NCBI RefSeq assembly: GCF_009914755.1
Contig: NC_060928.1
DNA: 64,000 bases
Direction: 5' to 3' (one strand)
DNA from: the human T2T-CHM13v2.0 reference genome, Homo sapiens
The position numbers were made by a program, and so were the translations under genes. The stretch's first letter is position 1, and every line of letters starts with the position of its first letter. Shown piece by piece: positions 12,291 to 25,112 of this stretch. The notes under the pieces were generated by a model. It had not been told where the DNA came from, did not search any database, and saw only the letters and a program-made list of their open reading frames with translations.

Positions 12291-12977
12291 ACCCAAATTA
12301 TTGTATGGCCATTTTTTAAGAAGCAATCTTGAATAAGAATACAATTTTAAAACTACGCAGTATTCTTCCCTTCAATGACTATTTTGAAAGAAAAATATTT
12401 CATTTTGACCTCGAGCCTCAGGACTCCCTTGTCTCCTACTCATTACAACAACAACAACAAAAAACCATCCATGTGAGCCGAGTCACACACAGTCTAAACT
12501 GCAGGAAAAGATGACAAGGATTTTGCTCCCAACCTTTTGTGGTTCTTAAGGATGTTAGGAAGGGCTGCCAAGCTGAACCCAGGCTATGAATTAGCCTCCA
12601 TAGTTATCCTAAAGATGCTGGGCAATGGGAGGTAGAGGTGGAGACACTCCCTAGCTGTGGTTGTAGGCACAGCTATTGTCAGGCTAGGCCAGACTGATAT
12701 GAGTGGTAGTGATAGATTTGCTTAAAAGGAAGCATTTCTCTTCAGGACTAACTCTACAAAACCACTCTGAATCGGACATCTTCTTTGCTTCAGTTGCCAA
12801 AGATGTATTCTGCTATATTCCTTGCTCTACAGAAGAAAGCACATCTGAGAGGACAGTAGCACCTTCCCCTCTTAACTGGCCTTTCTGTCCACCTTCTGGT
12901 GCTTTCTCGGGGGAACTTCCTGTGCATAATAGTAATTTTAGCAGACTGTTTTGACTGAACATCAGTCTGAGACTCAC

Positions 12978-13383
12978 CTGTACTGTTTTTTAGTGGGGAT
13001 AACAGCATCAAAGAGTGTCGGGGTCTACAGGTTTGGAGGAACTGCTTGGCTTAGCATTTAAAATGACACTTGGCAACTCTCTATGGTTTCAAATTGGTAA
13101 TAAGTGCTTTGTAGGTCCAGTGGTTATAGCAGGAAAGGCAAATATCTGCCACCATGCCCCACTTCCTCGTTCCTTTGCCTATGACAGACGTCACTGTCTC
13201 ATCGCAGAATTCTTTTCCGTTGATCTTAAACACCAGTCAGGGATACTCCTCCACAGTGAATTCCAGGGAACCATAGTCATCCAGCTGGACTTCGCATTCA
13301 AGGGGAAACCTTTTTCTTCTCATCTCTGTGGTATAAGCCTTCCCAGTTCTCAGTCTGTCAGAATAAACATATACTTTGAGCAT
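12978..13383 (-). pseudogene. Possible decayed coding segment, unidentified
   Basis: About 135 codons with 3 in-frame stops and protein-like composition (MLKVYVYSDRLRTG...CEVQLDDYGSLEFTVEEYP*LVFKINGKEFCDETVTSVIGKG...); ends at a perfect CAG|GTGAGT donor; the in-register antisense frame is open for 157 codons. Confidence 0.25.
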
Positions 13384-14204
13384 CAGAAATTAAAGGATCT
13401 CTCAATGGGGGGCCAAGAGTATGTTTATTGGTTGATCTCCCATCTCCAGCAAGTCTTTAAAATGCTAATCCTACAGCTTGCTGGGTAATGGCTCCAAATT
13501 TATAGTAAAAATAATTATGTGAGGAGGTAGTGCGATACGTAATTAATATTCAAAAGTAGACTTGTGTAAATTTACATGCCAAGATGCTTTCCTCCCTAGA
13601 GATCTGACACTGAAAGTGATGTAGTGTATCATTTCTAAGACAAAATTTATTATAGGATCTTATTTTTTGAGGTCTCACTGAGTGACTGTGTGGTGTTACA
13701 CACCCTGCTAAGCGTGGAGATCAGGGAAGGGATGGGTGAAAGACTGGAGTGCAAAGTGCAAGGGAAGTTTGTATGGCTCTTTTAGAAAAGAACCAGCTAA
13801 GGCCATATTATTCTGGCTCTTGGTACTTGTGCCCCAGCCACTAAAGTTTATGGTAGCCTGTTTCCTGATAACCGGTATTTTCATGGGAGCAAGAGCAAGA
13901 GTCTGTGACCTGAAGTGAAATAAAAATGAAGTTTTTAGTCTTCCCAAGAGTCCTTTTTATTGTTGCAAAGTTGTGCCTTGGTTTCAGTTTCTGTGTATTT
14001 GATGAGTATTTCATGAAGAAAAAATACACATTTTAATCTGATGGAACCACAGAGCAAAAATGAATTCTTTGCCTAAAACATTCCCTAATTTTGATAGCTT
14101 TTCCCCCATCTACTTTGGATTTGTGCTATTTTGCATTGTGTGAGTTATTTTTATAGGCCACCTTAAAAGTATCCTGAGACAAACTAGGGTATAAATAGTC
14201 AATA

Positions 14205-14445
14205 GTAGTAGAAATAATAATATGCTGCCATTTATTGAATGCTCACTTTGTTTTAGTTCTGTTCTGCATATTCAAATGTTTTATTTTAATCTGCCTACAG
14301 TTCCGTGAGGAAGTTATTTTTATTCCCATTTTATATAGAGAGGAAATGGAATCTCGGAGTAGTTATATACCTGGTAAACGCCTGACTGGGGATTTGAACC
14401 CAGATCCTCTTAACTCGGAAGCCTGGGTCCTTAACTACTTCACTG
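14205..14445 (-). mobile_element. MIR SINE
   Basis: atttattgaatgctcact...tattcccattttatatagagaggaaatgga...gggatttgaacccag. Confidence 0.75.
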
Positions 14446-17089
14446 ACTTCTCCATGAATAACTGTGGACGTTTGCCATTGAGTTTTTGTTTAAGTGCTGC
14501 CTGGATCTGTAGATACAGTTTCCTTGTTTTGCTGAATCTTCCATTAGGAGACAAGTCCCATTAGTTTCATCAGGATTGCTGTTTTAAGATGTGCTCTTGT
14601 TTAAAACATTTTACTCTATTACTCCTGGGTATTATTATGTTAAAATAAATTAGGAAAGTAATTCATTTGACTCTGCTATTTGCTAAAGAAAATTTACATA
14701 TAAGTTTGCTTAATATAAAAAAACACCAAACCTTGATATGACCAGTGCCAAGAAGAGTAACAAAATAACTCTTCATGGTATATTTACCTTTTCATACCAT
14801 CCATTAGCCACTTTGTTTTATATGGCCAGCAGATGTTGGAACTTACAGCACCTACGAAGACAAGTTGATTCTTTATGGCTGCAGCCTGATCCCATCTCCA
14901 TGGGATTTTATGTCCCCCTGCTGCCTTACTGGAGCCCCCACGCAATCTGTGCTCTTAGTTCATTAGTGCAGTCAGAGTCTGTGGTGGGTCTTAGATTCTC
15001 CATTCAAGAGGATCTGCTGGGCCTGCTTTGATAGTGCAGCCAAGCAACTGCTGGTTGCAATGTAAAAAATGCCAGAGGCTTCTTTTCTGTTTAGAAACAT
15101 CATCTGAAAGCCCAATAGCAGAAGACAAGCACAGGTTTTCTTGCCATAAAACCTTAAAAACAAGTTTGGGAAGGAAGGCTTAGACAACAAATGTGCCCTA
15201 TTTCTGTCTGCCCTCACTAAAATGAATGCACCTGCCTTTGGAAAAACTGCCTCCTCACTTTTTCCTCATTGAAGAAGCTATTGAGACAGGTTTAAAATAC
15301 CTTCCGCAAGACATGCCAACCTATTCAATTATCCTCTATTCGAAGTCACATTGGAGAAACAATTAAGGCCATCTCTATCCACGAAAATGTGAAAACCCAT
15401 GGCAATATCTGAGTTGTAAGTGACTTTTCCCTACTTTGGATACCCTAGGTGATTATTTTAATTTTCCACTTCACTTTTCATATTTAAATGACTATTCCCA
15501 ACTAAAACTGGTAATATCATCTCAATTTGTTACTTTCCTTTTCCACTTAAAGAAAGCTTTACATAAAATGAAGCAATTTTAGGTGATATGTAGGTGCAAG
15601 ATTACAGTGAATAAAAAGACAATTTCAAGAATCATGTAAACATTTGAGAGAGAAAATATGTACAAATATCATGCAATCATAAGATATGCATATAAAATGA
15701 TTACTAGAGAACATTTTGATTTGTTATTTCACAATCACATTTCTCATATATTATAAAGTGTTTTGCAGGATACTACTTTAATTCCTGCTTTCCTACCATG
15801 TGTATTTGGTGCTTTTTGTGGCTATGGAGAGTATAAAGCAGGACAAGGAAGAATTGGATAAAAGTGATTGAAGTTGCTGACTCGACTCTCTCTTCCTCCC
15901 CACCTCTTAATTTTACTTTCTGGGGCACAAAGGAGAGAATCATATTTGAGCTCTAGGGAAATTCTATTCTAGTTTTGTAGCTTTCCAGGTAGCGTGGGAC
16001 AGCAGTGTCAGGAGAAATTTAAATAGAGAGATCTCTTATCCATATTTAATTTTTTCAATATTGGGCTTCTCGTATGTTCAAATGAGTTATTATTACAAAT
16101 TTACTCAACATCTGCCTGGCATCCATTCGCTGTGCTGAAACAAAGAGACTTCCACTTGAGCAAAGGCTACCAGTTAAGTGCTCTGCTGCTAAGGTTTGTT
16201 TGTGTTTTTAAATAGTGATGACTTCTTTCTTTATCTGCCTCTGTCTTTTAGATCTAAGAACTGGCCATATTTATTTAGCATATATGACTCGCTATGTCTT
16301 TCCTGTTCACTGCTCAGAAAAATACAGAATGATGGGGAAGAGTCACATCATAAAATAACATGAAAGCTTCTAAAAGGAGTGGGGGGTGGGCGGGGAAGAG
16401 AGTGAAATATGCTTATGTTGTCCAGTGGTACGAAGATACGAAGATTTCTTTTGGGGTTGACTTGCTGCCCAGCCACTCAGACATCTCCTGAGCATGATTC
16501 TAGTTATAGTAGATCTTGCTGGGAATAGGCAGGATGGTCAAAACAAGAAAGTGTGAGCTCAGGTGGTGCGGAGTCACCTTTTTTCTGAACTTGTGTTTGT
16601 AGGAGTGAAAGCCCACAGGAATTGTTAGCTTTTCTCTAAGACAACAATATGACCACCGAAACTTTCACTTGCAATGGGATACATAAATTATGAGCATATA
16701 GATTGTTATATTTTTTGTTGGGTAGGGAAGATCTAGGCAGTGATTAATTATATACTACAACAGTTTCTCCAACAAATAAAGCAGAAGTGATTGCTTTGTT
16801 GAAACTTGTTAATGTTGAAGCTTTTGGGGGTCAAAATTGAGGATATTGGTTCATTGTTCTTGGAGTGACAAGTTCTGGTTCCTAGGCCCTGCTTTGCCAC
16901 CAATAAGTAAGTCTGTAAAATTGTTTAACTTTTTTTTTTTATTATAAAGTAATCCCTCGTGCTTTATTTATTAGAGAAGCCATAGCATGTAGTAACGAAA
17001 ACAAAACAAAAGTAAACAAAAACAACCCTGAAACAAAATCCTAATTCCTTGCACACACAGCAAGTTGGAAAGTGGATACAATGGCCTTG

Positions 17090-17750
17090 GACGATTTAAA
17101 AAATATAAGATTTAAATGGTCAATACACTTCAAGAAAATAAAATCAAATTCCAGTAATCAAATAAATGCAAATCAGCAAGCTACCATTTTCTTTGCTTAT
17201 TAATTAGAAAAAGAGTTTTAAAAATATAATGACTATTGCTGATGTGAGTGTGTCAGAAGTTAGTACTGATACAACTTGGGAGGGAGCTTTACTTGGGAGT
17301 TTACAGTGTTTTTCCATTAAACCAGCAATTTTACTTTTAATAATATATTCCAAAGAAATAGAAATGTGCATGTAGATTTATATCTCCTGAGCACAGTATT
17401 TCTAATAATAAAATATTGAAAATAACCTAGATTTCCTACAATAATTTATTCTGTATCCATAATCTGAAATACTATGTAGTTTTAAACAGTGATATGGTAA
17501 AATAATATTCAATGCCATGGAAAAGTTCAAGTATATTATTACGTGGAAACAAAAGCAGCTTACAAAACAATATCCACAGTAAGGTTCCAATTTTGTAAAA
17601 AGGCATAGTTAAATTATTTAGATATTAGTAAGGATTATCTTTGGAGTACATGGATTATGCATAATTTTTGCTTTATTTGTGCTTTCAGGAATTTTCCAAA
17701 TTTTCTGCACAAGAATGTTATTTGCTGTGTAATTTGAATAAAAATAAATG
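17090..17750 (+). mobile_element. Old L1 (L1ME-like) 3' region
   Basis: aaataaatgcaaatc...accagcaattttacttttaa...gaaatactatgtag...ttatctttggag...ttttccaaattttctgc. Confidence 0.6.
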
Positions 17751-18482
17751 AATGATAGGAGAAATGGTCTGGAAGTCTGGTAACCTGGTGGCAAATCATT
17801 TAAACTTTCTAGAGCTGAGACTGTAAAATGAGCCAATTGAATAGACTTAAGTTTAGCGCTGAGTCTGTGATATCCGATTTTTCAGCAGGAGTAACATCTT
17901 CAATTCAACTCTTTGTCATTTTGGCTAACAGATATTGAAGGAGAAGGTAAAAGGCATTATTCATTTTTAAGCATTTGGCATGTTTCCAAAACACTGAGTC
18001 AATTTAATGTAATTACTTTTTCATAATTATTATTTCAGAAGTGCTTCAACTTCAGTTTCTACTAATCTTTAGTCAGCTCTTTATATTTCCTGCCTATGAA
18101 CTCGGGGTCCTGAAGGATAGTAAACAAACATTTAGGCACTTTGGATATCTGCTATTTAAAGAAAATCTGTGGAGAATACTTATTTGAAGTAAATTGTCCT
18201 CTGGTAATAAAAGTCGTAGCCACAAATATTTACTATGTTAGTTGATTTGCTTATTTCAAGGTTGCTTAAAATGGGATCTACTGGCATTCTGGAGTGATTA
18301 ATTTTTTTTTTTACTGGCTCTCAGCCACATGCCACAGTGACTTCTTAGGGAGATTCAATGGCAATAGCAACATGGTGCCTGGAATGTGCGGTAAAACAAA
18401 CAACTGTGCTGTGTCCCAAAGAACTGGTGCTATGATATAGCTCTGTTTTCACCTGTTGTGAGTAGCTTTGAGAAATTGATTA

Positions 18483-18809
18483 CAATACTCCCCCTTCATC
18501 TGCAGGGGATGTGTTTCAAGAACCCCTGTGGATGCCTGCAACCATGGATAGTACGGAACCCTATATAGGCTATGTTTTTTTCCTATATAAACAAATGGTA
18601 AAGTGTCATTGATAAATTAGGCACCTAGTAAGAGATCAACACAATAACTATTAATAATAATGAGAACAATTATAACAATATGCTTTAATAAAAGTTATGT
18701 GAACATGGCCTCCCTCTGTCAACTGGAATTTTCCATTTAATATTTCAGAAGCAACTGATCCTGGGTAACTGAAAGCTCAGAAAGTGAAGCCACAGATCTG
18801 GGGCTACTG
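18483..18809 (-). mobile_element. MER44A-type Tigger (TcMar) MITE with TA TSD
   Basis: Ends caatactcccccttcatctgcagggg / cagatctggggctactg, flanked by TA at 18481-18482 and 18810-18811; internal ggatagtacggaaccctatata. Confidence 0.8.
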
Positions 18810-19738
18810 TACTAGAATTTTCTTTCCTTGAGGTTCAAGTATATTTTCATTTGACTTTCTAAATTGTTTACACCTCCAGAGCCACTGTTTGGTCTTATTT
18901 CAGTGATGACTATTATTCTGATGGGTGTTACAATAAGTAAAATCTATATCTCTGTCCCAATTTTGAACCACCAAAGGAATTGTCTTAAATAGTATTAACA
19001 GAAGATTAGAACTAACAAAATGATTGTTTTTAGTTAGATATTTTTTCACTTTTCCTTCTAGGCTGCCAGGGTTAAATTTATTTTATAGTCTGCTAAAAGT
19101 CAGATACATACATATAATTTTTATTAAATTTCAGTTAGCTACTTTATCTTCCATCCTCAGTGTCCCTGGATTATTGATTTTCTAGTTCAAGGCCTCAGGT
19201 AACATCCTCTGGCACATAACCCAGGAGTGTATTCTGACATTTCCACTGAAGCATGGAAGAGAACCTTTGAGAAACCTCCCAGGAGCCTGATGTGTGCGAG
19301 TTCCCAGCTGGGGCCAAGGCTGCAAGAGATAACTGCGGAATATTGATTGAGCCAGAATTTCTGCTCTGCATTGTCTCAGCGATCATCCTCATACCCTCAG
19401 TTACCCTTGACTGACTCAACAGGACAGGGTTAGGGAGGAGGAGAGGACCAAGTAGTGATCTATATAAAGATGTACTGTTTGGCAGCCCAATACTTGCAGG
19501 AGAGTACCATCACACCTGAGCAGCAGGGTTTTCCCGGGATCTAATAGAAAAAGACCTGGTAAGGTCATGGACATTGAGGCTCAGATATCAATTTAATCAC
19601 CTCTTTTCTCCATTGCTAAAATGAACAATGTTATGTACCTTCTAGTATAAAAGTCTTCCCAATGGCTAGATCAAATTCTATTTCATTTAAAAAATTAAAA
19701 TTTTCTATTTTAAAACATAACTTTGTTACATTCACAGA

Positions 19739-20213
19739 TTTTTTTTTTTTTTTTTTTTTGCTTGGCCATATGACTTTTTTTTTTTTTTTAATGCTTCAAG
19801 TTCTGGGATACATGTGCAGAACGTGCAGGTTTCTTACATAGGTATACAGGTGCCATGGTGGTTTGCTGCACCCATCAACCTGTCATCTACATTAGATATT
19901 TCTCCTAATGCTATCCCTCCCCTAGTCCCCCACTCCCCGATAGGCCTGATGTGTGATGTTCCCCTCCCTGTGTCCATGTGTTCTCATTGTTCAACTCCCA
20001 CTTATGAGTGAGAACATGTGGTGTTTGGTTTTCTGTCCTTGTGATATTTTGCTGAGAATGATGGTTTCTAGTTTCATCCATGTCCCTGCAAAGGACGTGA
20101 ACTCATTCTTTTTTATGGCTGCATAGTATTCTATGGTGTATATGTGCCACATTTTCTTTATCCAGTCTATCATTGATGGATATTTGGGTTGGTTCCAAGT
20201 CTTTGTTATTGTG
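19739..20213 (-). mobile_element. 5'-truncated L1PA (L1PA7/8-like) with two poly(A) tracts and a TSD
   Basis: L1 3'UTR and ORF2 end (KTWNQPKYPSMIDWIKKMWHIYTIEYYAAIKKNEF); TSD acattcacagatt(t) at 19728 and 20214. Confidence 0.93.
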
Positions 20214-20284
20214 ACATTCACAGATTTTTTTAAATCCTGGAATAGCATATTGTTTATATCAGCTGTTATGAGAATGATACTTTT

Positions 20285-20351
20285 GCTGGGCATGGTGGCT
20301 CACGCCTGTAATCCCAGCACTTTGGGAGGCTGAGGTGGGTGGATTACTTGA
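20285..20351 (+). mobile_element. Alu 5' fragment
   Basis: gctgggcatggtggctcacgcctgtaatcccagcactttgggaggctgaggtgggtggattacttga. Confidence 0.9.
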
Positions 20352-20358
20352 ATATTTA

Positions 20359-20748
<390 letters not shown>

Positions 20749-21008
20749 TTAGTGATGTTTCATTCTTTTATGTACTTATTGTTTATAATTTATCTGCCTC
20801 AAAAAAGTATTCAAATAGGTTGACAAGAAATGGCAAGATGTCCACTAAAACAAGAAAAATGTATGCACAGTTCTCTAAGAAATGAAATGAAAGAAATTTA
20901 TACTATTAGTTGACCAGTAATTGTGCGCCATGGTGTTCGCTGCGGCATTATTTATGGCAGAAAAAAAAAAGGGAAAGAAAATCTCCAAATACAAGGGATA
21001 GATTAAGT

Positions 21009-21235
21009 CAGAGCTTTTCAGTGCTGGCACTATTGACGTTTTAGACAGGGGTCGTTCTTTTTTATAGGGGGGGTCTGTGTATTGTAGGATCCTTAGCAGC
21101 GTCCCTGCTCTCTGCCCACAAGATGCCAGATGCCAGATGCCAGCAGCATTGCCTCCATCGTGACAACCAAAAAACTTCTCCAGACATTGCCAAATGTCCC
21201 CTGGAGAACAAACTCACCCCCACTGAGAAACAGTG
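21009..21235 (-). mobile_element. MER20
   Basis: ggcactattgacgtttt...cattgccaaatgtcccctgg...actgagaaacagtg; contains an internal agatgcc x3. Confidence 0.85.
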
Positions 21236-21253
21236 GGTTAAATAAATAAGAAT

Positions 21254-21703
21254 TATATTAGCTTTTTAGTGTTGCCATAACAAATTATCCCAAATAAGTG
21301 GTTTAAAAGAATCAAAATTTCTTCTCTTACAGTTCTGAAGGCTAGAAGTCTGAAACCCAAGCATTGGCTGGTTTGTTTCCTTCCAGGGGTTCTCTGTTCC
21401 ATGTCTCTCTCCTTGCTTCTGGTGGTTGCTGGCAATCCTTGGTGTTCCTTACATTGTAGATGCATCCCTCCAGTCTCTACTTGTTTCTTCACATGGCCCT
21501 CTCTCCTCTGTGTCTGTGCCTAAATTTCTCTCTTTTTATAAGGACATCAGTCATTGGATAAGGGACCATTAGAATCCAGTGTGACCTCGTCCTAATTTAA
21601 CTGCATCTGCAAAGACCCTATTTCCAGATAAGGTCACGTTTACAGATACTAGGATTTAGGACCTGGACATATCTGTTTAAGGGACACAATTGAACCCACA
21701 GCA
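21254..21703 (-). mobile_element. MLT1C-type MaLR LTR
   Basis: gttgccataacaaatta...acagttctgaaggctagaagtc...ctgcaaagaccctatttcc...gggacacaattgaacccac. Confidence 0.85.
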
Positions 21704-24079
21704 ATAATGTTTTTGACACTGCAGAAGTATCATTCAATTTTTGTTACAGTTATTATTTAGAACTAGTGGCATCACGTGGAGATAGAGAATTTATCAATTG
21801 CCCTTGGAAAAAAACTGTGAAGTCTCCATGAACTTGAAGGCAAACGCTTCAGACTGAGATGTAAAATATTTTACCTGTGTAAATTGCTGAAGAATGGCAG
21901 GGGGAGGTTAGTAGGTAGACAGTGAACGAATCAACAGAACTACTTTCTACTTTAATATAAATTTCATCTGGTTGGTACTTCAATACTCTTGCAGTCCTTG
22001 AGAGATGGGTGTGTGTTTTGTCTAAATATTTTGTTTCAGGAGCTGGTGTGCAGAACAAACCAGGGAGAACTTATAGGTTCACTTCTTGCTGAAAAAAAAA
22101 ATGTGAAACATTTGGCCTGGTGTTGGCACAGTGATACTTAACATACATAATCCTGACTTTAAGAAAGACATGGCCAACTCTTATAGTCACTTTGTTTGGA
22201 CCATGGAGGTCAGGTTACACCCTCTGAATGAGGATGATAATTTTCTCTGGAAAAAAAAGGGAGTTTCCACTTTCAATTATTCTGTGGAAGAGACTAGGGT
22301 GTCTTAGAATGAGGGAGAGAAAACATAACTCTTCCTCTGAAGCCAAATGAGGAGGTGGGGTCAAGACTTTGGGGATGGAGGTGTCTAGAAATTTCTACTG
22401 GTGGCTCCTCCCGTGTGGAGTAGCCTAGAGAAACTCTTCTGGTAGTAAATCATTCTGTATTGTACCCACGTTAGCCATAAGCTTTCATTAAAATTCTGTG
22501 TAATGTCACAGCCTAGTTTTAGCTGGACTTCAGGGATGTAAGGGAGGGGCCTGTGTTCATGTTAGGACAAAGGAATAGAGGAGCATGTCTTCTCTACCCA
22601 GCGTTGATTCCTCTCCTGTTAGCCTGTGTAGCCATGGCTGTGTTACTTCAAGGAGATGTGGAGCCCAGATGTTTTTGAGCGATGATTTGTGTCAGAACAG
22701 AGAGCAATGGTTAGGAGCCAGCTAACATGGTGAGCATAGGCTATGCTGACAAATGACACACAGGACATGTTTTTAGGAACGCGTACGCATCCTTGGGAGT
22801 CCCCAGCTAGTTATTAGGTAAGGAAATCTGAATATCCTGCGCAGCAGTTTGGGGAATTAGACGATTGTTATGTCAGCATTAAAAGAAGAGTGACCTCTGA
22901 GAGCTGGAGGAGAACCTGGAAGCACAGAAATTATATAAATTATGATCTGTCCATATGGTGGAATAGCATAAAATTGTTTAAATCCTATTACTAAAAATAG
23001 TAATTAACATACAGATCTGTTTTTTGATACAATGTGAAGTTAAGGAAGACCATAAACTGTATAGACAATCTGATTTCAATTTTTTTTTACTAAGGTATTA
23101 TAAGAAAGAGCTATACCAAATGTCAAGATGTTAAAATCCTGATTATTAAGAATGGGGGATTTAGAGATGTTTTCTGCCCCCCGCCTTCTTTTAAGTTTTC
23201 TGTGGTTTCCAGCATTCTCAGTGAACACACATGAATTTAAGCATTATGCATTGGAGAAAACAACATTTAGTTCTGCTGGCCAAGGCAGAGGGGGAAACAC
23301 AGTGAGTAACAGCATTTCTATCAGTAGTCAAAGAAAGCCAGGTTTCTAATAGTAATTAAACAACAGTCCTGATGGGGCAGGCATTCTCTCACCTATCAGA
23401 CCATGAAACCTTGTATCTCTGGGCCCAAGAGGTTCTTGTTTGAGCCACATCCTGACCCTGATGTGAGCACCCCTGGGTTTCCTTTAATCTTGACTCCCAC
23501 CTCATTCTTCCCTTCAGGGAAAGTTAGCTGCTTTGGTAGGCAAAGTAGCCACCCAGAAGCTGTAATGGCAGGCCTTACTACCAGCGAAATCCCACATGAC
23601 AAATTCGTCCTTTGTGCTGATACAATTGACTTGTCACCTCATTTTTACAGCTAATTAGCTCTTTAGTAAGCAGTGGCTAGTGTCAGAGGTCATCTGATAC
23701 CTGATTCCGGTAAATTGACCGTAAATATTACTGTCCATCTGTATTTGCTGTTCAAAATGCTGCTTAGTGACCACATTTTAAACTCTTTTTGTAAGAGACC
23801 CCTGCTTATTTTTGTTGGCAAGATCAAGTTTCCAAATAATGCTCACAAAATTCATCATCTCCTGAAGTTATCTGGGATTGCTGCTCAATTAGCCTGTTCA
23901 CTGGGTCATGCCACCCACAGGGTGGGGAACGCACCAAGACAGTTTCCAGCATTTCCCAGAGTTTCTTTTGTTTCCTCCTCTAAATCAGAAAGTCACTGAA
24001 GAAACTCTTGTTCTGATTCTGTCCATCACTATTATAACTTCTAGGAACATTTTATTGCCTTATAACAATAGCACTGGTA

Positions 24080-24330
24080 ATACTAAGAGCAGCCGGTGAT
24101 TATCAAAGGATCACTATATGTCAGGCACTATGCGAAAAGGTTCATATGTGTTAAATCTTTTATTTCTCACAACAACCCTATGTGGAGATCATTTTAATCT
24201 TTAAACGAGGGATGAAGAAACAGAGGCTTGGAGAGGGTAAACTTTTTGCCCAGTGTCACACAGACAAATAGAAGACCGATGCTTTGCTCAGATCTGCATG
24301 ACTCCTAAGTCAGATCTGGTAACCCCTAAG
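24080..24330 (-). mobile_element. MIR SINE
   Basis: ctatatgtcaggcactatgc...ctcacaacaaccctatg...gatgaagaaacagaggc...gcccagtgtcacacag. Confidence 0.8.
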
Positions 24331-24335
24331 CAGTA

Positions 24336-24494
24336 CAGACATGTGAATCTAGTTATTAGCATAAATAACTAGTTAAAATACTAATTATGAAAATATTCAT
24401 GGGGTGAAGTTTATGCTCAGATGTGTGAATCTAGTTATTAACATAACTAGTTAAAATACTAATTATGAAAATATTCAAGGAGTGAAGTTTATGC
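24336..24494. repeat. ~80-bp imperfect tandem duplication
   Basis: tgtgaatctagttatta...ataactagttaaaatactaattatgaaaatattca..gtgaagtttatgc occurs twice (copies from 24336 and 24418). Confidence 0.9.
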
Positions 24495-25112
24495 ATAACT
24501 AGTCATTAGTACAGAGCATTTAGACACCAGTAATATCCAGGAAATATGAAACAGCAACACAAAAACAAATGAGAGATGGACCTATGGTTTTGGTTTCAAA
24601 GGGAGTCATAGGTGATCTGGAATGAGACTGGCAATCACAGTTGAGCTGAGACAAGTTTAGGAAGCAGCGTTTTTTCTCACTGGTTCTACCTGGAAACCCA
24701 GAGGCAGCATTCTTTGAGCTGTTAAAGTGTGTCCAGGAACAAGGCAAAAGGCAGTATGGTGTCAGATCAGGAACAGATGAAAAGCATGAGCCTTTTACAT
24801 CAGTGAGAATGAATGAAGGATTAATCCTGCCTGGGTTCCTAAAATGCTAGTGAACACTGAGCCAAGACTCACTTGTTTCTAAACGCAAAATTTGTTTTCA
24901 GTGAATTTAGACTTCTCCACTCCCCTCCCTACCTACTGTCCCACCTCCTTCCTGAGACAGCGTGGGCAATAAGGAAGCCTTCCTGGAAGGCATTTTAAAA
25001 GCATTAGGTCATCGATCACTAATGGGATGTTCAGAACTCAGTGACAAGTAGACAGAATCTAGGACCCTAGGCTAGCCCAGTTTGTTCAGAGATGGTAAAA
25101 TAAATAGAAAAA

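Noticed and set aside
13100-13320. Resemblance of the decayed frame to Tudor (DYG, W.YKALI) or pepsin-like (P.LVFKINGKEF) motifs
   Set aside because: Motif order and surrounding residues do not fit either family, so no name was assigned
14823-14839. CTCF-like tggccagcagatgttgg (also partial matches near 34853 and 57240)
   Set aside because: The 3' half lacks the GGCGC/GGCAG core; too weak to call
16252-16430. Strong + strand acceptor at 16251 and a nearby GC box
   Set aside because: No convincing partner donor; an isolated splice-like signal
19991-20293. 100-aa ORF with KTWNQPKYPSMIDWIKKMW
   Set aside because: C-terminal remnant of L1 ORF2p in a truncated L1PA
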